Source: Alkalispirochaeta sp.
GTDB taxonomy: Bacteria; Spirochaetota; Spirochaetia; DSM-27196; Alkalispirochaetaceae
NCBI GenBank assembly: GCA_965601925.1
Contig: OZ271854.1
Coordinates: forward strand, 480,001-544,000
Reading direction: 5' to 3'
DNA: 64,000 nt
Of this stretch, positions 58,499 through 64,000 are shown piece after piece. The notes under the pieces are model-generated. The model was not told the DNA's origin. It ran no database searches and worked only from the letters and a program-made list of their open reading frames with translations. The translations under genes and the position numbers were made by a program. The first letter of the stretch is position 1; each line of letters starts with the position of its first letter.

Positions 58499-59284
58499 TT
58501 AAATGACGTATCGCTCGCGCAACCGATCCACGATCATACGCGCCGCCTCGCGGGGCGGAAGCTCATACTTCTTACCGGCGCCCTTCACCTCTTTGTTCGT
58601 CGAAGACTTCACCTTGGTAGGCGATCCCTTGAGTCCCAAGTGCGTCGGATCGACCTCGATATCGGCGAGCTTCCAGCGCTCCACCGCCTCCTCGCGCCAC
58701 GCGTTGTAGATCGATCCGATGCGCATGTAACGCGGCTGATGTATCTCCTTGAGCACGGTAATGAGGCACGGTGTCGCCACTCTGACGAGTTGATACCCGT
58801 CCTCGAATGCGCGCTTCACCACCAGCGAGCCCTCCTCGCGACGGATATCCTCGACGTAGGCGACCGATGGGATGCCGAGATGTTCGCCGATCTGCGGCCC
58901 GACCTGGGCGGTGTCACCGTCGATCGCTTGGCGACCGGCAATGATGAGATCGTAATCCAGCTTACGGATCGCACCGGCGAGGGCGCTGCTGGTCGCCCAT
59001 GTATCGGAGCCGGCGAAGGCGCCGTCGGAAAGGAGAATCAAGCGATCGGCGCCCATGGCCTGAGCCTCCTGGAGCGCACTTTTCGCCTGGGGCGGCCCCA
59101 TGGAGAGTACGGTGACCTCGACGTCGTCGTGCACGTCCTTGAGCCGCAGCGCCGCCTCGAGCCCCGCCTTATCGTCGGGATTGATGATCGACGGTACACC
59201 CTGCCTGATGAGGGTACCGGTTTTGGGATCGAGGCGTACCTCGGTGGTGTCGGGGACCTGTTTGATACATACGATGATTTTCAT
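58499..59284 (-). CDS. etfB: Electron transfer flavoprotein beta subunit
   Basis: Motifs CIKQVPDT, INPDD, SMGPP, GSDTWATS, GRQAIDGDTAQVGP and GLKGSPT. Confidence 0.95.
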   Translation of the reverse strand: MKIIVCIKQVPDTTEVRLDPKTGTLIRQGVPSIINPDDKAGLEAALRLKDVHDDVEVTVLSMGPPQAKSALQEAQAMGADRLILLSDGAFAGSDTWATSSALAGAIRKLDYDLIIAGRQAIDGDTAQVGPQIGEHLGIPSVAYVEDIRREEGSLVVKRAFEDGYQLVRVATPCLITVLKEIHQPRYMRIGSIYNAWREEAVERWKLADIEVDPTHLGLKGSPTKVKSSTNKEVKGAGKKYELPPREAARMIVDRLRERYVI

Positions 59285-59292
59285 ACCAGCTC

Positions 59293-60438
59293 CTATTTCA
59301 ACAGCGCCGCGGAGATGACCATCTTCTGCACCTCCGAGGTTCCCTCGTAGATCTCGGTGATCTTAGCGTCGCGGAACATTCGCTCCACCTCGTACTCACG
59401 GGTAAACCCGTAACCTCCGTGCAGCTGAATAGCGCGCGTCGTGACGTTCATCGCCGTCTCCGAAGCGACGAGCTTCGCCATCGCCGCAGCCTCGCTGTAC
59501 TTCTTCTTCCGGTCTTTCATCCACGCCGCTTTGTAAACCAACAGGCGCGCCGCCTCGACGCGCGACGCCATATCCGCGAGTTCGAACTGCGTGTTCTGAA
59601 ACTTGGCGATGCTGCGACCGAACTGACGGCGTTCCTTGACGTACTCGATCGTGTGGTCGAGGGCGCCTTGGGCGATACCGAGAGCTTGGGCGGCGATTCC
59701 GATGCGCCCGCCGTCGAGTGTCTTCATGGCGATCTTGAATCCCTGCCCTTCGGCGCCGATGAGGTTCTCTTTGGGTATGCGCGCGCCGTCCATGATGAGC
59801 TCGGAGGTCGCTGAGCCGCGAATACCGAGTTTCTTCTCCTTGGCGCCGACCGAGAAGCCGGGGGTGTCGGCGGGCACGATAAACGCGGAGATACCGCGCG
59901 TGCCCGCCGCCTTATCGGTCATCGCCATGATGATATACGTCTGGGCGTAGCCGGCGTTGGTGATGAACATCTTGGTCCCGTTCAACACGTACTCATCGCC
60001 GTCGAGGACCGCGGTTGTCTGCTGCGCGGCGGCGTCGGTGCCGGCGTTGGGCTCGGTAAGGCCGAACGCGCCGATCGCCTCACCGGCGGCCAGGGGACGC
60101 AGATAGCGCTCCTTCTGCTCGGCGGTGCCGAACTCGTAAATCGGCGAGGCGCCGAGAGAGACGTGGGCCGAGAGAATAACCCCGGTCGTCGCGCACACGC
60201 GCGAAAGTTCCTCCACCGCCAAGGCGTAGCCGAGGTTGTCTCCACCGGCTCCGCCCAACTCCTGCGGAAACGGGATACCGAAAAAGCCGACGGGACGCAT
60301 CTTGTCCACCGTCTCGGTGGGATAGCGCTCCTCCTCGTCGATCTCAATGGCCAAGGGGGCGACCTCGGTTTCGGCGAAGTCTCTATACATGTGTCGTAAC
60401 ACGCGGTGCTCTCCGCTGAGTTCGAATACCATGCTCAT
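59293..60438 (-). CDS. bcd: Butyryl-CoA dehydrogenase-type acyl-CoA dehydrogenase
   Basis: Motifs GAFGLTEPNAGTDA, LNGTKMFITN, KLGIRGS, LDGGRIGIAAQALG, QLHGGYG and ITEIYEGTSEVQ. Directly upstream of etfBA. Confidence 0.88.
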   Translation of the reverse strand: MSMVFELSGEHRVLRHMYRDFAETEVAPLAIEIDEEERYPTETVDKMRPVGFFGIPFPQELGGAGGDNLGYALAVEELSRVCATTGVILSAHVSLGASPIYEFGTAEQKERYLRPLAAGEAIGAFGLTEPNAGTDAAAQQTTAVLDGDEYVLNGTKMFITNAGYAQTYIIMAMTDKAAGTRGISAFIVPADTPGFSVGAKEKKLGIRGSATSELIMDGARIPKENLIGAEGQGFKIAMKTLDGGRIGIAAQALGIAQGALDHTIEYVKERRQFGRSIAKFQNTQFELADMASRVEAARLLVYKAAWMKDRKKKYSEAAAMAKLVASETAMNVTTRAIQLHGGYGFTREYEVERMFRDAKITEIYEGTSEVQKMVISAALLK

Positions 60439-60457
60439 CTCCTCTCTATGTGCGCCC

Positions 60458-60883
60458 TTATGACGCGGCGCGGGGAGGCATGACCGTGGCGTAGCCCTCG
60501 ATCACCACCTCGTCGCGCTGATTGGTACATACGGTCTTAAGTCGCAGAAACTTCTCTTTGACCTTCTCCTCGGCGGTCACCGTTGCGGTGATGGTATCGC
60601 CGAAATGGACCGGAGCCTTGAATGAGAGCTCCTGTCCCACGTAGATCGTTCCGGGACCGGGCAGCTGCATACCCAGTACCGCCGATATCAATCCGGCGGA
60701 CAACATTCCGTGCACGATGCGGCCGCCGAATCTCGTCTCCTCACTTGCCGCCTGATTGATATGTGCGGGGTTAAGATCGGCGGTAATGCCCGCGTACAGG
60801 TACGTGTCCGTCTCAGTCAGCGTCTTTGAGAACGACGCCGTATCGCCGATGCGTATCTCGTCTAAGGTACGGCCCAATGGCAC
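60458..60883 (-). CDS. MaoC-family (R)-specific enoyl-CoA hydratase (PhaJ-like)
   Basis: Hydratase-2 motif ITADLNPAH, plus RIVHGML and LPGPGTIYVGQELSFKAPV. Confidence 0.9.
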   Translation of the reverse strand: MPLGRTLDEIRIGDTASFSKTLTETDTYLYAGITADLNPAHINQAASEETRFGGRIVHGMLSAGLISAVLGMQLPGPGTIYVGQELSFKAPVHFGDTITATVTAEEKVKEKFLRLKTVCTNQRDEVVIEGYATVMPPRAAS

Positions 60884-60934
60884 GATATGCCTCCATATAT
60901 TGATTTATTTATCGATATATTATTCTTGAAAAAA

Positions 60935-60980
60935 GACCGTGTCAATAAAAATGACTCGGTCGATGACCAAGTCATTGACT
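60935..60980. promoter_or_regulatory. GAC-N3-GTC operator cluster upstream of maoC-bcd-etfBA
   Basis: GACCGTGTCA, TGACTCGGTC and TGACCAAGTCA in an AT-rich intergenic region. Confidence 0.6.
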
Positions 60981-61080
60981 GGACTTACCTGCAAGCATCG
61001 GCGTTCGGCTCGACGATCCGTCCGACGACGAGACGCCGACGCGGCATACATAGAGGAGAGAGTGTTTGCGTGGGCTCGGA

Positions 61081-62484
61081 TCAGACGCGCTCGATGTCCT
61101 CCGCGAGAGCCTCGAGCGCGCTTGAGCGGGTAAAGGCCATGCGTGCCGCGGCTCGCGCGATCGCTCCGACGGCCTCACCGGGAAGGTCGTCGAGAAGTGC
61201 GCGGGGAGTACGCGTACCGAGAAATAACTCCTTGGACGCCGCGATGCCCGCATCGAGCTCTCGGTCGCCGAGACAGCGGTAGACAAAGAGCGAGAGCGGC
61301 GAGTTTTGCAGATCGAAGGGCGACTCGCTCGCTCGTCCGTGGGCAAAGAGTCGATACAGCGTATCACCGTCGTCGTCACTGCGGCGGCAAACCGGCGGTC
61401 GGGCCGGTAGATACGCCGCCAGCTTGCCCGCCTCGTCGCGCGGTCGGAGATCTCCCATGAAGTAGGCGACCGGCGCATCGCCACCGGTGAGTTCGGCTAA
61501 GGCGGCCAAAACGCCGGCGCTCAACAGCTTAATACCCAAGTACCGTCGCGCAGTGGCGAGGTTTCGCGCAGCAAGAGTCGATACCTCGCGGTAATCCTTC
61601 TGGGCGGGGCTTCCCGCATAGCGATGAAAGATCGTCTCGGCGTCGAGATTCTGGAGGAAGCCCTCCATCTTGAGGAGCGCGTGTCCGTAACTGCGAATGG
61701 AGTAGACCCCACCGACACGCAAATCGGGATTTGTCTCGGGAAGGAGCTTCCACGTATTGTCCAAAAACCGCCCCACGTCTTCCTCGGCAAAGTTGTGTAC
61801 ATCGCGATTGGCAAAACAGACCGCCGTGACCACGATCTCCTCCAACCGTGCGTCGGACAGGTCGAGGCCGAGGTCCCGATTGACATCGACAAGCCGCGCC
61901 GCAAGCACCTCCGGCGGCGTACGACCCATCCCGTCGCGCCGGCGAAACGGAATCGTCTGCTCGATACACGCGGTCGCCACGAGTAGATCCGCCTCTGCGA
62001 CAAACTCTTCGAGCAGGAGGTTCATCACCAACGCACTCAAGAACTCGTTGAGTCCGCCGAACGGTGAGAGCGGCTGTCCCGGAGTGAACCCGAATACCGC
62101 CAAACAGCGATGAAACGGCCGATCGGCGGACGGGACATCCGCCGCCGGGGCGACTTGGTCATCGGAGACGAGCAGATACGGTCGCAGGAGCTTTTCGATC
62201 TCCGGCAGAAAGCCGTCGTCGACCTGAAAATAGACCAAGTCGTGGAAGAGTGCCGCGAGCGTGGCGTGCGCGTCCTTCGGATCCGAGAGATCGAAAATAT
62301 GCTCGGCCGTGTGGAAACAACGTTGGTTGGTGTTCATAGCGCGATTGACCATCACGCCGATCCGTTCCACAGCGGGGTCTTCGATCGGCACATGGAGACG
62401 ATGCAATGCTCCGGCGAGAAGACCGATCGTACGATGAACCGTTCCGGAAGGAACGTCGAAGGTATGCTCTAATGCGTTTTCCAT
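61081..62484 (-). CDS. Hypothetical protein with HD-like metal-binding motif
   Basis: RCFHTAEHIF...LAALFHDLVY...NRDV. Start set at ATG 62484. Confidence 0.65.
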   Translation of the reverse strand: MENALEHTFDVPSGTVHRTIGLLAGALHRLHVPIEDPAVERIGVMVNRAMNTNQRCFHTAEHIFDLSDPKDAHATLAALFHDLVYFQVDDGFLPEIEKLLRPYLLVSDDQVAPAADVPSADRPFHRCLAVFGFTPGQPLSPFGGLNEFLSALVMNLLLEEFVAEADLLVATACIEQTIPFRRRDGMGRTPPEVLAARLVDVNRDLGLDLSDARLEEIVVTAVCFANRDVHNFAEEDVGRFLDNTWKLLPETNPDLRVGGVYSIRSYGHALLKMEGFLQNLDAETIFHRYAGSPAQKDYREVSTLAARNLATARRYLGIKLLSAGVLAALAELTGGDAPVAYFMGDLRPRDEAGKLAAYLPARPPVCRRSDDDGDTLYRLFAHGRASESPFDLQNSPLSLFVYRCLGDRELDAGIAASKELFLGTRTPRALLDDLPGEAVGAIARAAARMAFTRSSALEALAEDIERV

Positions 62485-62549
62485 AGCCTTTTTCTTATCC
62501 ACACTATTGATAGTGTACACCCGATTAAGCGCGACGACAGGTGTCGCCC

Positions 62550-63959
62550 TCACGCCATCGTGACTCGATTGCGCCCTGCGTCCTTCGACATGTACATCGC
62601 GTCGTCGGCCCGCCGCACGAGGGTGTCGAATCCGCGCCCGGCGTTCGGTATCTCGCATGCGACGCCGATACTCACCGTGACGGACCAATCGACGTCCGGA
62701 TGGTCGATCTCCCGAACGTGTCGACATATCCGCTCCGACGCGGCGTAGGCTTGCCGGCACGTCGCGTCGGGAAACACGATGACGAACTCCTCTCCTCCGA
62801 AACGGGCGAACAGATCGGTAGAGCGCAGTTCTCGAAAACAGACCGCGGCGATTCTGCGTAGGACTTGGTCGCCCACCTCGTGACCGTAGCGGTCGTTGAC
62901 CTCCTTGAAATGGTCGGCGTCCAGCATCGCAACCGCAATGGGATGCTCGGTACGGACGGAGTTCTCGTATAGGAGGCGCCCTTCGACCTGAAAGCGCCGT
63001 CGGCTACCGGCTCCGGTGAGCGGGTCGGACATCGCGAGCTGATATGTCTGGTCGTGTAACCGCGCGTTCTCCAGCGCAATGGCGATGTGATCGGCGATCG
63101 TAGCCCCCAACCGAAGGTGCCGTTCGCTGTACGCGTTGCTTTTGAGACTGTCCGTCGCCAACAGGCCGATCACCTCCCCACGCCGAATAAGGGGCATTCC
63201 CATCCACGACTGGATCGTTATCTCTTCGGTGGGTTGGATGAAGGCGGGAAAATCTTTGGCAAGGTCGTGAGTATAACAGGGGCGCTTCTCGCGAATTGCG
63301 CGGGTACTGAGGCTCCCCTTCTCGGGATATCGGAACCGAAGATTCATAACACGGGAGATATCCTCGAATCCCGTCCCGCCGACGACTCGCAAGTACCCCC
63401 CGTCGAGGATCTGGACGGTGGCCGTATCGTAGGGGATGATGCGGCGAGTCTGTTCGAGGATGCGATTCACCGTCTCTTCCATGTCGAGAGAGGATCCTAT
63501 GACCGCGATCACCTGACGGAGCGTCTCCAACTCCTCGTACTGCTGCTGAAGCCTCGTTTCCACCGTCTTGAAACGACTGATGTCGGTGTCCGCGCCGACG
63601 TAGAGGATCGGAAGTCCGTCCTCGCTCTTCCCCACCGACCGACCGCGACTGACGATCCAGCGGTACGTCCCGTTGCGACGACGCAGTCGGAACGTCTCCT
63701 CGAACTGCTCCACCTCTCCGTTGTAGATTCGCTCCGCGGCGAGCCGGACGCGCTTGCGGTCGTCGGGGTGTACTTGATCGAGCCATTGCAGACCGCGTCC
63801 GATCGCTTCCGACGGTTGACCGAGAGAACGCCACACATCGCTTGTAAAACTCTTTTCGGAGACGTACTGGCTGGCAAACACGCCGATCTCGGATAACGCG
63901 TCACGCAGCTCTTTATCTTCGAACAGTAGATCATAAGCCGTCCGGTCCGTTTTTTTCAT
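62550..63959 (-). CDS. Diguanylate cyclase (PAS-GAF-GGDEF)
   Basis: PAS (VHPDD, YRWI), GAF (MPLIRRGEVIG, IALENARL), DPLTG, DADHFKEVNDRYGH, I-site RSTD and GGEEF. Confidence 0.95.
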   Translation of the reverse strand: MKKTDRTAYDLLFEDKELRDALSEIGVFASQYVSEKSFTSDVWRSLGQPSEAIGRGLQWLDQVHPDDRKRVRLAAERIYNGEVEQFEETFRLRRRNGTYRWIVSRGRSVGKSEDGLPILYVGADTDISRFKTVETRLQQQYEELETLRQVIAVIGSSLDMEETVNRILEQTRRIIPYDTATVQILDGGYLRVVGGTGFEDISRVMNLRFRYPEKGSLSTRAIREKRPCYTHDLAKDFPAFIQPTEEITIQSWMGMPLIRRGEVIGLLATDSLKSNAYSERHLRLGATIADHIAIALENARLHDQTYQLAMSDPLTGAGSRRRFQVEGRLLYENSVRTEHPIAVAMLDADHFKEVNDRYGHEVGDQVLRRIAAVCFRELRSTDLFARFGGEEFVIVFPDATCRQAYAASERICRHVREIDHPDVDWSVTVSIGVACEIPNAGRGFDTLVRRADDAMYMSKDAGRNRVTMA

Positions 63960-64000
63960 CAGGCTTCCTACGGATAGTATACGGAGGGGGGGCCGTCGAC

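Overview
GC-rich bacterial chromosomal segment, most likely from a free-living spirochaete. This is an inference from the Lgt N-terminus PFPEWISPEIIPGLP, solute-binding proteins starting FAEGQGES and LFGGGQEE, and the membrane-anchored LuxR regulators. I recognise no rRNA, tRNA, CRISPR array, phage gene or transposase. In order, the window holds: (1) a sugar-acid/polyol catabolic region (2-hydroxyacid dehydrogenase, URO-D-like protein, AraC, dhaLK, tctCAB, cupin, VOC, divergent PdxA, GntR, HPS/KGPDC-like enzyme, aldo-keto reductase); (2) lgt, a sulfotransferase, an amidase, an AraC-GyrI regulator and a heme-c chemoreceptor; (3) an APC permease-PTS EIIA fusion next to a PTS EIIA-diadenylate cyclase fusion, downstream of a TetR/acyl-CoA dehydratase activase pair; (4) a DEAD-box helicase and a two-component pair whose kinase has a VUT/YhhQ-like membrane domain; (5) a GH172 plus sugar ABC operon; (6) two membrane-bound LuxR regulators, three GCPNP-lipobox surface lipoproteins, two beta-barrel proteins, two decayed genes, a 45-bp hairpin tandem array and a candidate ~180-nt structured RNA; (7) a TetR-controlled CoA-transferase/permease/SDR/thiolase/MaoC/Bcd-EtfBA cluster; (8) an HD-like protein and a PAS-GAF-GGDEF cyclase. 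The best candidates for new biology are the EIIA-permease/EIIA-DAC c-di-AMP module, the structured RNA at 48.6-48.8 kb, the hairpin array at 47.5-47.75 kb, the PdxA/DhaKL pathway with no tetronate kinase in the window, the R-specific 3-hydroxybutyrate cluster and the VUT-like sensor kinase. All assignments come from reading motifs by eye; no database search was run.
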